Positions 1 to 12,865 of a stretch of 64,000 nucleotides of DNA are shown here, in pieces. The stretch spans positions 29,988 to 93,987 of the forward strand of contig JNSE01000031.1 of NCBI GenBank assembly GCA_000754455.1, written 5' to 3'. Positions within the stretch are counted from its first letter, which is position 1, and every line of letters begins with the position of its first letter. The notes beneath the pieces were generated by a model, which worked only from the letters and a program-made list of their open reading frames with translations, was not told the origin of the DNA and searched no databases. The translations under genes and the position numbers were made by a program. This DNA comes from an actinobacterium acAMD-2 (lineage in GTDB: Bacteria; Actinomycetota; Actinomycetes; UBA12327).

Positions 1-1007
1 GTCCACGCGAAGATGGATGCAATCGGGTTGGTCGACGTGGGTTTGCCCTGCTGGTGCTGACGGTAGTGACGCGTCACCGTGCCGTGAGCGGCTTCGGCCT
101 CAACGGTCTTGCCGTCCGGAGTCATCAACACCGAGGTCATCAATCCCAACGAACCAAATCCTTGGGCAACGGTGTCTGACTGCACGTCACCGTCGTAGTT
201 CTTGCAAGCCCACACGTAGCCGCCTTCCCACTTCATGGCGCACGCGACCATGTCGTCGATCAAGCGGTGCTCGTAGGTCAAACCAGCCTTATCAAAGTCT
301 GCCTTGAACTCAGCTTCAAAAACTTCAGCGAACAAGTCCTTGAATCGGCCGTCGTAGGCCTTCATGATCGTGTTCTTGGTGGACAGGTACACCGGAACGC
401 CACGGTCCAGGCCATAGCGCATGGAGGCACGGGCAAAGTCGCGGATCGAATCGTCAAGGTTGTACATCGCCATGGCCACACCGCCGCTGGGGAAGTCATA
501 GACGTCGAGCTCCATGGGCTCGCCACCGTCGGTGGGCGTGTAGGTCAAAGTCAACGAGCCAGGACCAGGAATAACCGTGTCAGTGGCACGGTACTGGTCA
601 CCAAAAGCGTGGCGGCCAATGATGATCGGCTTAGTCCAGCCAGGAACCAAACGAGGAATGTTGGAAATGACGATGGGCTCGCGGAAGATCACACCGCCGA
701 GGATGTTGCGGATTGTGCCGTTGGGCGACTTCCACATCTTCTTGAGACCAAATTCCTCTACGCGCTCTTCATCTGGAGTGATGGTCGCGCACTTAACGGC
801 CACGCCGTAGAGCTTGGTGGCTTCGGCCGAGTCAATGGTGACCTGGTCGTTGGTCGCATCGCGGTTTTCAATGCTCAAGTCAAAGTACTTCAGATCAATG
901 TCTAGGTAAGGAAGGATCAACTGCTCCTTAATGAACGACCAGATGATGCGCGTCATCTCGTCGCCATCCATCTCAACGACAGGGTTCTTTACTTTGATCT
1001 TGCTCAT
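1..1007 (-). CDS. icd: NADP-dependent isocitrate dehydrogenase, N-terminal ~335 codons (3' end lies beyond window edge)
   Basis: Not in ORF track because it runs off the edge. My reverse-strand translation from ATG (1007-1005) reads [23 protein letters not shown]... At the edge it reads ...[33 protein letters not shown], typical of homodimeric NADP-IDH. Confidence 0.9.
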   Translation of the reverse strand, partial: MSKIKVKNPVVEMDGDEMTRIIWSFIKEQLILPYLDIDLKYFDLSIENRDATNDQVTIDSAEATKLYGVAVKCATITPDEERVEEFGLKKMWKSPNGTIRNILGGVIFREPIVISNIPRLVPGWTKPIIIGRHAFGDQYRATDTVIPGPGSLTLTYTPTDGGEPMELDVYDFPSGGVAMAMYNLDDSIRDFARASMRYGLDRGVPVYLSTKNTIMKAYDGRFKDLFAEVFEAEFKADFDKAGLTYEHRLIDDMVACAMKWEGGYVWACKNYDGDVQSDTVAQGFGSLGLMTSVLMTPDGKTVEAEAAHGTVTRHYRQHQQGKPTSTNPIASIFAW

Positions 1008-1041
1008 GTGCATGTGTCCTTAAGGGTGTGCGATGGAAAAA

Positions 1042-2126
<1,085 letters not shown>

Positions 2127-2183
2127 TACACGCCAAAATCTAGCCGAAGCGCAGCCGCTTGAAGTCAGCGGGTCTTGTCCCGC

Positions 2184-3044
2184 CTACGCCTGTCTGGCGA
2201 GCGCTGCTTCGGCTGCTTCCACCACGTTGGTCAACAACATCGCTCGGGTCATAGGTCCTACGCCACCGGGGTTTGGCGACAAGAAGCCGGCCACGATAGA
2301 GCAGTCGGGGTCCACGTCGCCTACAAGACCGTTTTCGGTGCGCGTGATCCCGACATCAATCACGGCGCCGCCGGGATTAACCATCATCGGGGTGATCAGG
2401 TGTGGCACTCCAGCGGCCGCAATCACAATGTCGGCGCGCTCAACGTGAGCGGCCAAGTCCTTTGTGCCGGTGTGGCACAAGGTAACTGTGGCGTTTTCGC
2501 TACGACGGTTCAGGAGCAAGCCCATCGAGCGGCCGACTGTGATGCCGCGACCAATCACGACAACTTCAGCTCCATCGATCGGAACGTTATAGCGGCGCAT
2601 CAATTCCAAGATTCCCCGCGGGGTGCACGGCAATGGTGCGTCGATGCCAAGAACGAGGCGGCCGAGGTTCACGGGGTGGAGGCCATCGGCATCCTTGTCC
2701 GGATCAATCAATTCAAGAACGCGGTTGGCGTCCAAGCCGGCAGGCAGTGGCAACTGCACGATGAAACCAGTACAGGTCGGATCGTCGTTGAGTTGACGAA
2801 CAGCCGCTTCAACTTCATCTTGGCTGGCAGTAGCGGGTAGATCTATGCGAATGGACTCAATGCCCACTTCAGCACAATCGCGGTGCTTGCCCGCGACATA
2901 GGACTGCGATCCGGGATCATCGCCGACCAGAATGGTGCCCAGCCCTGGGGCAATGCCCGCTGCCTTGAGCACATCGACGCGCTTTGCGAGTTCAGCCTTA
3001 ATCGTGGCCGCGGTCGCCTTACCATCCATTGTGATTGATGCCAT
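2184..3044 (-). CDS. folD: bifunctional methylenetetrahydrofolate dehydrogenase / methenyl-THF cyclohydrolase
   Basis: ORF 2184-3068; likely ATG at 3044 ([19 protein letters not shown]...). Conserved C-terminal NPGGVGPMT motif. Confidence 0.9.
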   Translation of the reverse strand: MASITMDGKATAATIKAELAKRVDVLKAAGIAPGLGTILVGDDPGSQSYVAGKHRDCAEVGIESIRIDLPATASQDEVEAAVRQLNDDPTCTGFIVQLPLPAGLDANRVLELIDPDKDADGLHPVNLGRLVLGIDAPLPCTPRGILELMRRYNVPIDGAEVVVIGRGITVGRSMGLLLNRRSENATVTLCHTGTKDLAAHVERADIVIAAAGVPHLITPMMVNPGGAVIDVGITRTENGLVGDVDPDCSIVAGFLSPNPGGVGPMTRAMLLTNVVEAAEAALARQA

Positions 3045-3098
3045 GGCGTGAGTATGCCTCACCCACAAACCATGACGGGAATGGGTCTTGAACTAGAC

Positions 3099-4070
3099 CT
3101 AGGCGGACTGGCGCCGCGACCGCACCCGGTCCAGGCGACCCGATCCCACAATGACGGCGACAAAGGTCAGGGCCACACCCACCGCCTCCCATACATTAAA
3201 TTCGCGTCCTGGCGTGGGGATGAAGATGTCGAGGATCACTGCGCCTAACAGCTGGCCAGCAATCGAAGTCAATGTCAGGAGCAACACTCCGAGGGTGCGC
3301 ACAAGTCGAGCAGCAACGGCAACAAAGATCGCACCGATAAGCCCACCGACATAGAGATAGGGCTTCTCCATGGGCGAAGGGGCGCCGCTGAAGTCCACCT
3401 GGCGAATAAACGTCAGGCTCCACAACATGACGCCACCCACCGAAAAGTTCATCCACGCTGCAGCAATCGGGCTTCCAGTAGCCATGGCCACCCGACCGTT
3501 GAAAGCTTGCTGGGCCGACACCAAAGTGCCAGCGAACAAACAAACGAAAACAGCAACAGGTTGAAACGAGATCGCACTTGAAAATGGATTGATGGCCACC
3601 ACAACGGCCACAACCGAAATCACACTGGCGAACACTCGAGATCGGCTGGGGTGAAGGCGACCGCTTGGGCCAAGGCCTAGCCGGTCGACTTCAAGGCTGG
3701 AGGTCGTTTGACCGGCGACCAATGCCACGGTGAACAGTGAAACACCCAACACAGGGACCGCAAATCCTTGCGAGGCCACCAATGTTGCCCCACCAAGGCC
3801 ACCTAAAAGCAACCACCAGCGCAATTGCCCAGCCCGCAACAGTGACGGAATGGCACGTAAGCCCGCGCGGTGTTGTGCATTCGTAAACAGCAAAACGGTG
3901 ATGATGACCCAGCCCAGAATGAAGCCCAGAGCGGCGCCACCAATGGCATCACCAACATCTCGCGCAAGAGCTGCATTCGCGCGACCTTGGATGGACACCA
4001 AGACACCGATAGCCGCACCAATCGCGATAGCGATGGTGTTCGTGGGTTTGCGCCGACGGCCGTTAGCCAC
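3099..4070 (-). CDS. polytopic membrane protein, duplicated DUF606/YdcZ-like (DMT-superfamily transporter family-2)
   Basis: 323 aa and about 10 hydrophobic segments. The two halves resemble each other (SIQGRANAAL... / SAQQAFNGRV...). Assignment is from memory of YdcZ-type sequences. Confidence 0.55.
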   Translation of the reverse strand: MANGRRRKPTNTIAIAIGAAIGVLVSIQGRANAALARDVGDAIGGAALGFILGWVIITVLLFTNAQHRAGLRAIPSLLRAGQLRWWLLLGGLGGATLVASQGFAVPVLGVSLFTVALVAGQTTSSLEVDRLGLGPSGRLHPSRSRVFASVISVVAVVVAINPFSSAISFQPVAVFVCLFAGTLVSAQQAFNGRVAMATGSPIAAAWMNFSVGGVMLWSLTFIRQVDFSGAPSPMEKPYLYVGGLIGAIFVAVAARLVRTLGVLLLTLTSIAGQLLGAVILDIFIPTPGREFNVWEAVGVALTFVAVIVGSGRLDRVRSRRQSA

Positions 4071-4090
4071 GGCTCAATCCAGTTGCTGCC

Positions 4091-5653
4091 TTAGTGGAAG
4101 AAATGGCGGGTCCCGGTGAAATACATCGCCACCCCGTGCGCAATCGCCGTGTCAATGACTTCCTGATCGCGCACTGATCCGCCTGGCTGCACCACTGCGC
4201 GCACTCCAGCTTCGATGAGCACTTCCAAGCCGTCGGGGAAGGGGAAGAAAGCATCTGACGCCGCGACACTCCCCTTTGCACGTTCATCACCGGCACGCCA
4301 CACGGACAAACGCGCTGAGTCCACGCGGTTGACCTGACCCATGCCGACGCCAACAGTAGCTCCGCCTTTGGCCAACACGATCGCATTGGACTTTGCCGCA
4401 CGGCTGGCCCGCCAAGCGAACACCAAGTCCGCGAACGTCGCATCGTCCACGGGTTCACCGGTTGCGAGCACCCACGTTGTTGGGTCATCTCCTGGGGCAT
4501 CGACACCGTCGGCCACCTGCACCAACAGCCCACCACTGACCGGGCGCGTTTCAATGGTCGAGGTTGCCTCAACCGGAGCGCACTTGAGCAGTCGAAGGTT
4601 CTTCTTCTCCGTCAAGATCGCCAAGGCATCAGCATCAAAGTCTGGGGCCACGATCACTTCGGTAAAGATTTCAGCAATCTGCTCAGCAGCCTGCTTGGTG
4701 ATGGGTCGGTTGGCAGCAATAACTCCACCGAAAGCGGATACGGGATCGCAGTCATTGGCCAAGCGATGTGCGGTTGCAATATCGCTGCCAACAGCAATGC
4801 CACACGGGTTGGCGTGCTTGATGATCGCTACGGCTGGCTCGGAGTGGTCATAGGCCGCACGACGAGCTGCATCAGCGTCAACGTAGTTGTTGTAGGACAT
4901 TTCCTTGCCATGCAACTGCTCTGCTTGAGCAATCCCCTGACCCGGTCCAGCAGAGAAGCGGTACAGCGCCGCGGGTTGATGCGGATTTTCGCCATAACGC
5001 AGGACATCGGCTCGCTCAAAGGTGCGACCCATGAATTCAGGGAACGCTTCATCATCGGCCGGTGCATACTCACTAGAGAACCACGATGCCACGGCAACGT
5101 CATAACTAGCTGTGTGTGCGAAAGCCTCAGCAGCCAAGCGCTTGCGCTGAGTCAATTCAAATCCACCAGAAGTCAGAGCCGCTTTCACGTCGGCGTATCG
5201 AGCCGGATCAACTACAACGGCAACACTGGGGTGATTCTTTGCCGCGGCGCGCACCATCGTTGGGCCACCAATATCAATTTGCTCCACACACTCATCGTGA
5301 TCGGCGCCCGATTCCACGGTGGCGCTAAAGGGGTAGAGATTGACCACCACCAGGTCAAAGGGTTCCACATCGAGAGTCTTCAACTGCTCGACATGAGAAT
5401 CCAGTCGACGATCAGCCAAGATCCCGGCATGCACGCGCGGGTGCAAGGTCTTGACGCGTCCATCCAGGCATTCAGGGAAACCGGTTAAGTCGCTGACCTG
5501 TGTCACCGCAACGCCCGCTCCGGCAATAGTTGCTGCCGTTGAGCCCGTGGACACAATCTCCACTCCGGCCTGACCCAGCGCCTTGGCGAGTTCAACCAAG
5601 CCGGTCTTGTCATAGACGCTGACTAACGCTCGACGAATCGGGAGCTTGCTCAC
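4091..5653 (-). CDS. purH: bifunctional AICAR formyltransferase / IMP cyclohydrolase
   Basis: 520 aa. N-terminus [20 protein letters not shown]; C-terminus [11 protein letters not shown]. 4-nt overlap with purN. Confidence 0.95.
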   Translation of the reverse strand: MSKLPIRRALVSVYDKTGLVELAKALGQAGVEIVSTGSTAATIAGAGVAVTQVSDLTGFPECLDGRVKTLHPRVHAGILADRRLDSHVEQLKTLDVEPFDLVVVNLYPFSATVESGADHDECVEQIDIGGPTMVRAAAKNHPSVAVVVDPARYADVKAALTSGGFELTQRKRLAAEAFAHTASYDVAVASWFSSEYAPADDEAFPEFMGRTFERADVLRYGENPHQPAALYRFSAGPGQGIAQAEQLHGKEMSYNNYVDADAARRAAYDHSEPAVAIIKHANPCGIAVGSDIATAHRLANDCDPVSAFGGVIAANRPITKQAAEQIAEIFTEVIVAPDFDADALAILTEKKNLRLLKCAPVEATSTIETRPVSGGLLVQVADGVDAPGDDPTTWVLATGEPVDDATFADLVFAWRASRAAKSNAIVLAKGGATVGVGMGQVNRVDSARLSVWRAGDERAKGSVAASDAFFPFPDGLEVLIEAGVRAVVQPGGSVRDQEVIDTAIAHGVAMYFTGTRHFFH

Positions 5654-6267
5654 GAAGAAACGACCTCTCTACCTTCAATGGACCAACCAGAACGACACAA
5701 CTGACGCACAACCTGTACCAAAAGTTCGCGCTCAATGACTTTGATGCGCTCATGGAGCGATTCCACATCGTCACCAGCCTCAACCGAGACGCTGCGCTGC
5801 TCAATGATCGGTCCGGTGTCCACACCCTCATCAACAAAGTGCACGGTGCAACCGGTTTCTGCTACCCCAGCCGCCAAAGCATCAGCCACTGCATGTGCGC
5901 CCGGGAAACGAGGAAGCAACGCGGGGTGCGTATTGATCACGCTGAACCGAGCGAGCACTTGGTCGCCCAAGATCTTCATAAATCCCGCACTGACAACCAA
6001 ATCCGGTTCGTGTTCAGCGATGGCAAGCGCTAGTGCACTGTCCCAATCCGCACGCGAGGAAAAATCCTCAACCGGCACAACGAAAATGGGAATGGCCTCA
6101 GCTTCAGCACGGCGCAAACCTTCAATCCCATAGCGATCAGCACCAACGGCGACGATCTCAATGTCGGCAAAGTCTTCAGCGTCAATTAACGCCTGCAAAT
6201 TGGTACCGCCACCAGAAACCAGGACCACCAATCGCGCACGCGATTGTGGGGTGGGTGGAATGCTCAC
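5650..6267 (-). CDS. purN: phosphoribosylglycinamide formyltransferase
   Basis: 205 aa with [16 protein letters not shown] and NTHPALLP motifs; adjacent to purH. Confidence 0.9.
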   Translation of the reverse strand: MSIPPTPQSRARLVVLVSGGGTNLQALIDAEDFADIEIVAVGADRYGIEGLRRAEAEAIPIFVVPVEDFSSRADWDSALALAIAEHEPDLVVSAGFMKILGDQVLARFSVINTHPALLPRFPGAHAVADALAAGVAETGCTVHFVDEGVDTGPIIEQRSVSVEAGDDVESLHERIKVIERELLVQVVRQLCRSGWSIEGREVVSS

Positions 6268-6321
6268 GCGTTCAGCCTACCGAGCGACCACCGGTGCTAA
6301 CCGATCACCTAAAGGCGATCC

Positions 6322-7515
6322 TTAGTCCGCGGTGCGTTGTCGCTGCTGAGCCACAACCCACGCTGATGCCGATGCGACGACACCGAAAGTAAAGATCGCA
6401 AAAAACGCCACAGGAATCACTTGGGGTCCCACCTGTGACAACCGACCACCGCCGAGGGAGCCACCAGAGATCCCGGCCAAGATGGCTAATGCGACACCGG
6501 CCACAACACCAGAGACTGCGCCCCATCCCGCACTGGCTTCCGCGCTGTCCTGAGTTGTGCGTCGTGCCACGAACCAGCCCATCACCATGGCTGACACCAG
6601 CGGGATCAACAGCACAGCAGCCGCCGCCAACGGCGGAGTGCCATTGGCTGGGATGGCGGGAACCAAAGGGAAGACTGGCAAGGCTCCCGTTTGCGTCGTA
6701 CTGGCCGCGACTTGGGTGCCCGTACCCATCAGGAATCCCGGCCCCAGCGCGAAGCTGGCGCTCCACACCGCAATGTTGGGCAAGTACAACAAACCAATAA
6801 TTGTCAATAACAATCCACCGACAACGCCAGTGCCGAGCAGGGTGAAACTGCCGGATACTTCGTCAAGATGCCACCCCAGAGCTACGGCTGCAAGGAGCGA
6901 TGCAAGCGCCAGGATCGCGATCACGCCAATCGACGCCGCCTTCGCGATGAGTTGCACCCGAGCATCCACGCGGTCTTTGAGCGAGAGGTTCTGTTCGCGA
7001 GCAATCGCCAGACCAATGGTGACAAATCCTAAGAGCCCGGTGGTGATCAAGACCTTCCACCACACACTGCTCACGGACGCGGTAGATACCCATGCATTAA
7101 CGATCACATTGAAGAGCGCGTACGCACCGGCGGTCGAGAGTGTCAAGACCAGGGCATCGGCAGTGGATGTTGGTGTAGCCGCGCGCGCAGCCCACCGGCC
7201 GGCCAAATACAACAACGTGATGGGAAGGACCAGTAGCCCTAACGGCAAAACGCTGACGTTCACGCCAGCCAGGATGACGGGCACATGATGCGCTGCCATC
7301 CAGATGTGGCCGGTTGAGCGCAGCGCCTCGGCAAATGCGGCGGCTGGACCCGAAGAAAACGCCCACCCCAACAAGACCGGAACCACAATGATGACTAGGC
7401 CCATGACGATGCACCAGGCGGCAGCAATGGCTGATGTCGTGGCGACAGAGCGCGGGTCGACCTCACCCTCGTGGTTGCTTCGCGTCAAACGCGAGAGCAA
7501 CGGGAGTTTGGTCAC
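6322..7515 (-). CDS. PerM-like integral membrane protein (DUF6350 type)
   Basis: 397 aa and about 10 TM segments. It occupies the sucD / purN slot that holds perM (Rv0955) in M. tuberculosis. Positional and compositional inference only. Confidence 0.55.
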   Translation of the reverse strand: MTKLPLLSRLTRSNHEGEVDPRSVATTSAIAAAWCIVMGLVIIVVPVLLGWAFSSGPAAAFAEALRSTGHIWMAAHHVPVILAGVNVSVLPLGLLVLPITLLYLAGRWAARAATPTSTADALVLTLSTAGAYALFNVIVNAWVSTASVSSVWWKVLITTGLLGFVTIGLAIAREQNLSLKDRVDARVQLIAKAASIGVIAILALASLLAAVALGWHLDEVSGSFTLLGTGVVGGLLLTIIGLLYLPNIAVWSASFALGPGFLMGTGTQVAASTTQTGALPVFPLVPAIPANGTPPLAAAAVLLIPLVSAMVMGWFVARRTTQDSAEASAGWGAVSGVVAGVALAILAGISGGSLGGGRLSQVGPQVIPVAFFAIFTFGVVASASAWVVAQQRQRTAD

Positions 7516-7570
7516 CCTGTGATCTTGGCAGGCGAAGACTTAAACAAACGCAATCGCAACGCAGAAGGGG

Positions 7571-8443
7571 TTAGAGCTTTTCGACAATCTCGCGCATGAT
7601 GCGAGCGGTCTCTGACGGCGTCTTGCCAACGCGAACGCCAACAGCCTCAAGTGCCTCTTGCTTGGCCTGGGCAGTGCCCGACGATCCGGAGACAATCGCG
7701 CCGGCGTGACCCATGGTCTTGCCTTCAGGAGCCGTGAAGCCCGCAACATAACCCACAACGGGCTTGGTGACGTTGTCCTTGATGAATGCGGCGGCACGCT
7801 CTTCAGCATCACCACCGATTTCACCGATCATGACAATGGCGTCGGTCTCGGGATCGTCTTGGAATGCACGCAACGCATCAATATGTGTGGTGCCAATAAT
7901 GGGGTCGCCACCAATTCCCACTGCCGAGGAGAAACCAAGATCGCGCAATTCATACATCATTTGGTAGGTCAAGGTTCCGGACTTGCTGACCAAACCAATG
8001 CGACCGGCCTTGGTGATGTCACCAGGGATGATGCCCGCGTTGGACTTCCCGGGGCTAATCAGACCAGGACAGTTCGGACCAATCACTCGAGTCGTTCCAG
8101 CATTTTGCGCGTACTGGAAAAACTCGGCTGTGTCAGCGACGGGAACGCCTTCGGTAATGACGACAACCAACGGCACGCCCGCATCAACAGCTTCGATAAC
8201 GGCGCCCTTGGTAAAACGTGGTGGAACAAAAACCACCGAAACATCGGCACCAGTGGCTGCCACTGCATCGCCAACGGAGTTGAAGACGGGAATGCCGTCG
8301 ACCTCTTGGCCGCCCTTGCCGGGCGTCACACCAGCAACGATGTTGGTCCCAGACTCGACCATCCGACGTGTGTGCTTGGTGCCTTCACCGCCGGTGATGC
8401 CCTGAACCAAGACCTTGCTGTTTTCAGTAATAAAGATTGCCAT
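7571..8443 (-). CDS. sucD: succinyl-CoA synthetase alpha subunit
   Basis: 290 aa: [25 protein letters not shown]... and the phosphohistidine-loop region SGTLTYQ...GHAGAI. Confidence 0.95.
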   Translation of the reverse strand: MAIFITENSKVLVQGITGGEGTKHTRRMVESGTNIVAGVTPGKGGQEVDGIPVFNSVGDAVAATGADVSVVFVPPRFTKGAVIEAVDAGVPLVVVITEGVPVADTAEFFQYAQNAGTTRVIGPNCPGLISPGKSNAGIIPGDITKAGRIGLVSKSGTLTYQMMYELRDLGFSSAVGIGGDPIIGTTHIDALRAFQDDPETDAIVMIGEIGGDAEERAAAFIKDNVTKPVVGYVAGFTAPEGKTMGHAGAIVSGSSGTAQAKQEALEAVGVRVGKTPSETARIMREIVEKL

Positions 8444-8457
8444 TGTCTAAAAGTCCC

Positions 8458-9630
8458 TTACTTCGCAGCCAGTTGAGCCGCGCGGCGTGCGGCTCCGTCC
8501 ATGGTGTCTTCCAAGATCACAACGCTGAGGTTCGCATCGGTCAAAATCTTTCGTCCCAGATCAGCATTGTTGCCATCGAGCCGAACCACGAGTGGCTTGT
8601 CAATCGCGTGACCGTGCTCCGCAATCAAGGCAATCGCTTGAACGATTCCGTTAGCCACCGCATCACATGCCGTAATGCCACCGAAGACGTTGACGAAAAC
8701 TGACTTCACGCTGGGGTCACCCAAAATGATTTCCAGCCCATCGGCCATTACCTGTGCCGAAGCACCACCGCCGATGTCGAGGAAGTTAGCTGGCGTCACA
8801 CCGCCGAATTCCTCACCTGCGTAGGCAACAACATCAAGAGTGGACATCACCAGTCCGGCACCGTTTCCGATGATGCCAACTTCGCCGTCCAGCTTGACGT
8901 AGTTCAAGCCCTTTTCCTTGGCCGCCAACTCGAGTGGGTCAATGGCTGAGTTGTCGACCAGCGCTTCGTGGTCGGGGTGACGGAAGTCCGCGTTCTCGTC
9001 CAAGGACACCTTGCCGTCCAGCGCCAGCACCTTGCCCGATGGATCCTTAACCAGCGGATTCACCTCGACCAACGTGGCGTCTTCTTTGATGAAAACAACC
9101 CACAACTTTTGCAAAATGTCGATGATCTGGTCGCGGATTTCCGGCGCGAAACCTGCTGCGTCAGAAATCTCAGCAGCCTTCGCGGCGGTCACGCCCTCGA
9201 TGGCATCCACGGCGATTTTGGCTAGTGCATCGGGACGCTCAACAGCGAGTTGCTCGATTTCCATGCCGCCTTCGACCGAGGCCATGGCCAAGTAGGTGCG
9301 GTTTGCGCGGTCTAACAGGAAGGAGACGTAGTACTCCTCGACGATGTCGCTGGCCTCGGTGATTAGCACCTGATGAACGATGTGGCCCTTGATGTCCAGA
9401 CCAAGAATGGCTTCAGCCTTTTCCTGCGCTTCATCAGGAGTTTCGGCGAGCTTGACGCCACCGGCTTTTCCACGACCACCGGTCTTCACCTGGGCCTTGA
9501 CCACAACCGTGGTGCCGATCTTTTCCGCTGCATCGCGTGCGGCAGCAGCGGTAGTGACGACGATTCCCGATTGAGTCGGTACGCCGTGCTTAGCGAATAA
9601 ATCCTTGGCTTGGTATTCGTACAGATCCAC
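8458..9630 (-). CDS. sucC: succinyl-CoA synthetase beta subunit
   Basis: ORF 8458-9684. The conserved N-terminus [18 protein letters not shown] starts at GTG 9630, preceded by GAGGA 7 nt upstream. Confidence 0.95.
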   Translation of the reverse strand: MDLYEYQAKDLFAKHGVPTQSGIVVTTAAAARDAAEKIGTTVVVKAQVKTGGRGKAGGVKLAETPDEAQEKAEAILGLDIKGHIVHQVLITEASDIVEEYYVSFLLDRANRTYLAMASVEGGMEIEQLAVERPDALAKIAVDAIEGVTAAKAAEISDAAGFAPEIRDQIIDILQKLWVVFIKEDATLVEVNPLVKDPSGKVLALDGKVSLDENADFRHPDHEALVDNSAIDPLELAAKEKGLNYVKLDGEVGIIGNGAGLVMSTLDVVAYAGEEFGGVTPANFLDIGGGASAQVMADGLEIILGDPSVKSVFVNVFGGITACDAVANGIVQAIALIAEHGHAIDKPLVVRLDGNNADLGRKILTDANLSVVILEDTMDGAARRAAQLAAK

Positions 9631-9892
9631 GCGTGGAGTCCTCAAACTTGAGATGAAGGGGGCGAGAGGGCAATCGCTTCTCAACCCGTGACGACAGGGT
9701 GAACGCTATCTGTCCGCGCTCGCGCGCTACGCACCACCCACGCCTACTCGAACCCATCGGTGGATCGGCCCATCTCCCGTCCGCTAGCCACCTGATGACC
9801 ACCCAGGAACCTTTGCGTACCATTGACTTCCTGCGTCCTAGGCGATCCCTGGGGCGCTGTCAATGTCAGACCACACCTCCAGGAGCTTGCGC

Positions 9893-10570
9893 GTGCATCC
9901 TTACCTCGCGCGCTGTGTTGTGACTGGAGTGGTGGGTGTGACTCTTGCGGTTGCCGGTACAGCCCTCACTCCCGACACTGCCATTCCCTCTCCATCGGCC
10001 AGTCCATCCGTCGTCGCCGCCAGCAACGCTCCAACCGTGAGCGCCAACGCAAATTTTGCGATCACCCGGGTCGGCGCACAACCAGCCCTTCGAGCAGCCA
10101 CAGCTCGTAGTGTCGCGGCGCAACGGGCTTCGCGAAGCAAGGCACGCCTTCGTGCAACGCGGGCTGCGAGCACATGGGTGTGGCCCGTGAGCTCAGTTAG
10201 CTTGGGTGAGCGTTTCGGCGCCTCTGGTGGAAACTGGTCATCGGGTCAGCACACCGGACAAGACTTTGATGGCGACACGGGTGATTCCGTACGCGCCGTA
10301 ACAAGCGGCGTGGTGATCTTCGCTGAATCGCTTGGGCGTCGTGGCATCGTGGTGCAGCTTCGCCACAAGGGTGGTATCGAAACCTGGTACTGCCACTTGT
10401 CGAAAGTTGACGTGGCAGTCGGCGACACCGTCACCACCGGCCAACGTGTGGGCCGCATCGGAACCACCGGCAATGTCACCGGTTCACACTTGCACTTTGA
10501 ACTGCACACCTCACCCAAGGTGGCAGTGAACCCCATGCCGTGGTTCAAGCGGAACGGTTTGGGCAACTAA
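9893..10570 (+). CDS. secreted/membrane-anchored M23 family metallopeptidase
   Basis: ORF 9863-10570. GTG at 9893 has AGGAG 7 nt upstream (the ATG at 9863 lacks an SD). N-terminal hydrophobic segment. C-terminal HTGQDF (HxxxD) and GSHLHFE (HxH) M23 motifs. Same position as Rv0950c next to sucC/pcrA. Confidence 0.85.
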   Translation: MHPYLARCVVTGVVGVTLAVAGTALTPDTAIPSPSASPSVVAASNAPTVSANANFAITRVGAQPALRAATARSVAAQRASRSKARLRATRAASTWVWPVSSVSLGERFGASGGNWSSGQHTGQDFDGDTGDSVRAVTSGVVIFAESLGRRGIVVQLRHKGGIETWYCHLSKVDVAVGDTVTTGQRVGRIGTTGNVTGSHLHFELHTSPKVAVNPMPWFKRNGLGN

Positions 10571-12831
10571 AGTTTTTGAACGGGTGCGTAGCGAAGGAGC
10601 AGACGCTTCTCCCCGGTCGAGCCAAAGTCAACCGTTGCCTGTGCCCGATCACCTTCGCCTGATACTGCGACCACTGTGCCCAACCCAAAACTGTCGTGCG
10701 TAACCCGATCCCCTGGCGCCAGGTCAAGAACGGGTTGCCCGGAACTGCGGCGAGCGGCCGGCGCAAACACGGATGGCGTGCGAGACGGCACTGCCTTCCA
10801 GCGATCGGAGTGCGCCACCTCTGCTTCGCGTCGCCAATCCAATAGCTCGGTGGGGATTTCTTCAAGAAAACGGGATGCAAGGTTGTAATTGGGGGCACCC
10901 CACGTCGAACGCGACACAGCACGCGAGAGGTACAACCGTTGACGCGCACGCGTGAGCCCGACATAGGCCAGTCGACGTTCTTCTTGCAATTCGGCCGGAT
11001 CATCTAGTGAACGGATGTGGGGGAAGACGCCATCTTCCATCGCGGTGAGAAACACCACCGGAAATTCCAGACCTTTGGCCGTGTGCAGAGTCATCAACGT
11101 GACTACACCGCCACCATCATCACCATTGGGGATTGAATCCGCGTCCGCTACCAGTGAGACCCGCTCCAAAAACTCAAACAGGGTGGCTGGCTCGTCATTG
11201 TTAGCAGCGGTTTCCTCGAACTCACGAGCCACAGCTTCGAGTTCGGCCAAGTTTTCGATGCGGGTCTCGTCCTGCGGATCCAACGAGGTCCGCAGTTCCG
11301 ACAAGTAGCCGGTCTGATCCAACACAGCTTCAAGAATCTCCGCCGGAGGGGTCTGACTCTCGACAAGAATCTGCAAAACATCCAGAAGTTCGACGAAAGC
11401 TTGCATTTGAGTCCGGGAACGCGTGGCAAGACCAGGTGCTTCGTCGCAACGACGTAGCGCTTCCCAGAAGGTAATGCGTTCGCGGCGCGACAAGGTCTCC
11501 ACAGCCTCTTGGGCCTTGTCACCGATGCCGCGTTTGGGCACGTTCAGGATGCGGCGTAACGAAACTTCGTCTTGCGGGTTAGCCAAGATGCGCAAGTAGG
11601 CCAAGGCGTCACGAATTTCCTTGCGTTCGTAGAACCGCACACCACCCACGACGCGATAAGGCATATCCGATCGAATGAAGACTTCTTCAAACACACGTGA
11701 TGCAGCATTGGTCCGATAGAAAATCGCGACATCACAGGGGCGGATTCCTTCATTGCGACCCAGTTCAACGATTTCCTCAGCGACGAAGCGAGCTTCGTCG
11801 TGTTCGTCATCGCCGACGTAACCCACGATCTGCGCTCCGGCGCCCGCGTTTGACCATAACGTCTTGGGCGGGCGATTCGGGTTCTGTGAGATCACCGCAT
11901 TGGCAGCGCTGAGGATATTTTGGGTTGAGCGGTAGTTCTGTTCCAACACAATCGTGGTGGCGTTGGGATAGTCCTGCTCAAATTGCAAGATGTTGCGAAT
12001 CGTTGCGCCACGAAATGCATAGATGGACTGATCCGAGTCGCCCACAACGCATAGTTCGGCTTGCGGAATCGGGCCAACCGCGGGACCGACAAGTTCACGC
12101 ACCAAGACATATTGCGCATGGTTGGTGTCTTGGTACTCATCGACCAAGATGTGACCGAATCTACGTCGATAAGACTGAAGAACCTCGGGGAAAGCTTGCA
12201 GCAGGTTGACGGTCAGCATGATCAGGTCGTCAAAGTCCATTGCATTGGCTGAACGCAGTCGTCGTTGATACAAGGCGTAGGCCTGAGCCACGGTTTGCTC
12301 TTGGTGGCTCGTGGCTTGCGCTGCGGCGGCTTCGTAGTCAATGAGTTCATTTTTGAAATTACTGACTTGGTTCGAAAACGATCGGGGCGGATAACGCTTG
12401 GGGTCAAGGTCAAGTTCTCGGCACACCATTGTCATCAAGCGTTGCGAATCCGCTGAGTCATAAATCGAGAATGATTTGGTGTAACCGAGGCGATCAGCTT
12501 CGGATCGAAGGATGCGTACACAGGCCGAGTGAAAGGTGCTCACCCACATCGACTTGGCTTGCGGCCCGATGAGTTCGGCCACGCGCTCTTTCATCTCGCC
12601 TGCGGCCTTGTTGGTGAACGTGATGGCCAGGAGTTCGCTCGGGCGCACACCGCGCGCTCGAATCAAGTGGGCGACCCGATGCGTTAATACGCGCGTTTTG
12701 CCCGAGCCGGCTCCAGCCACGATCAAGAGTGGGGTTCCTGCATGAACCACTGCTGCCCGCTGGGGTTCGTTGAGTCCAGTCAGGAGATCTGATTCAGCCT
12801 CACTGGCTGGGTCAGGAAAGAGAGTGGACAT
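10567..12831 (-). CDS. pcrA: ATP-dependent DNA helicase PcrA/UvrD1
   Basis: 754 aa. Walker A GAGSGKTRVLTHR, DEYQDTN motif, C-terminal Tudor-like tail. Its stop overlaps the M23 peptidase stop (convergent). Confidence 0.9.
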   Translation of the reverse strand: MSTLFPDPASEAESDLLTGLNEPQRAAVVHAGTPLLIVAGAGSGKTRVLTHRVAHLIRARGVRPSELLAITFTNKAAGEMKERVAELIGPQAKSMWVSTFHSACVRILRSEADRLGYTKSFSIYDSADSQRLMTMVCRELDLDPKRYPPRSFSNQVSNFKNELIDYEAAAAQATSHQEQTVAQAYALYQRRLRSANAMDFDDLIMLTVNLLQAFPEVLQSYRRRFGHILVDEYQDTNHAQYVLVRELVGPAVGPIPQAELCVVGDSDQSIYAFRGATIRNILQFEQDYPNATTIVLEQNYRSTQNILSAANAVISQNPNRPPKTLWSNAGAGAQIVGYVGDDEHDEARFVAEEIVELGRNEGIRPCDVAIFYRTNAASRVFEEVFIRSDMPYRVVGGVRFYERKEIRDALAYLRILANPQDEVSLRRILNVPKRGIGDKAQEAVETLSRRERITFWEALRRCDEAPGLATRSRTQMQAFVELLDVLQILVESQTPPAEILEAVLDQTGYLSELRTSLDPQDETRIENLAELEAVAREFEETAANNDEPATLFEFLERVSLVADADSIPNGDDGGGVVTLMTLHTAKGLEFPVVFLTAMEDGVFPHIRSLDDPAELQEERRLAYVGLTRARQRLYLSRAVSRSTWGAPNYNLASRFLEEIPTELLDWRREAEVAHSDRWKAVPSRTPSVFAPAARRSSGQPVLDLAPGDRVTHDSFGLGTVVAVSGEGDRAQATVDFGSTGEKRLLLRYAPVQKL

Positions 12832-12865
12832 CCCCTGATCTTATGAGAACAACCGACAGTGGTGA

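Noticed and set aside
10567-10570. Convergent overlap of the M23 peptidase stop (TAA) and pcrA stop (TAG) with no intervening terminator
   Set aside because: It is real in the sequence, but it is a trivial consequence of genome compaction and there is no evidence of regulatory significance.
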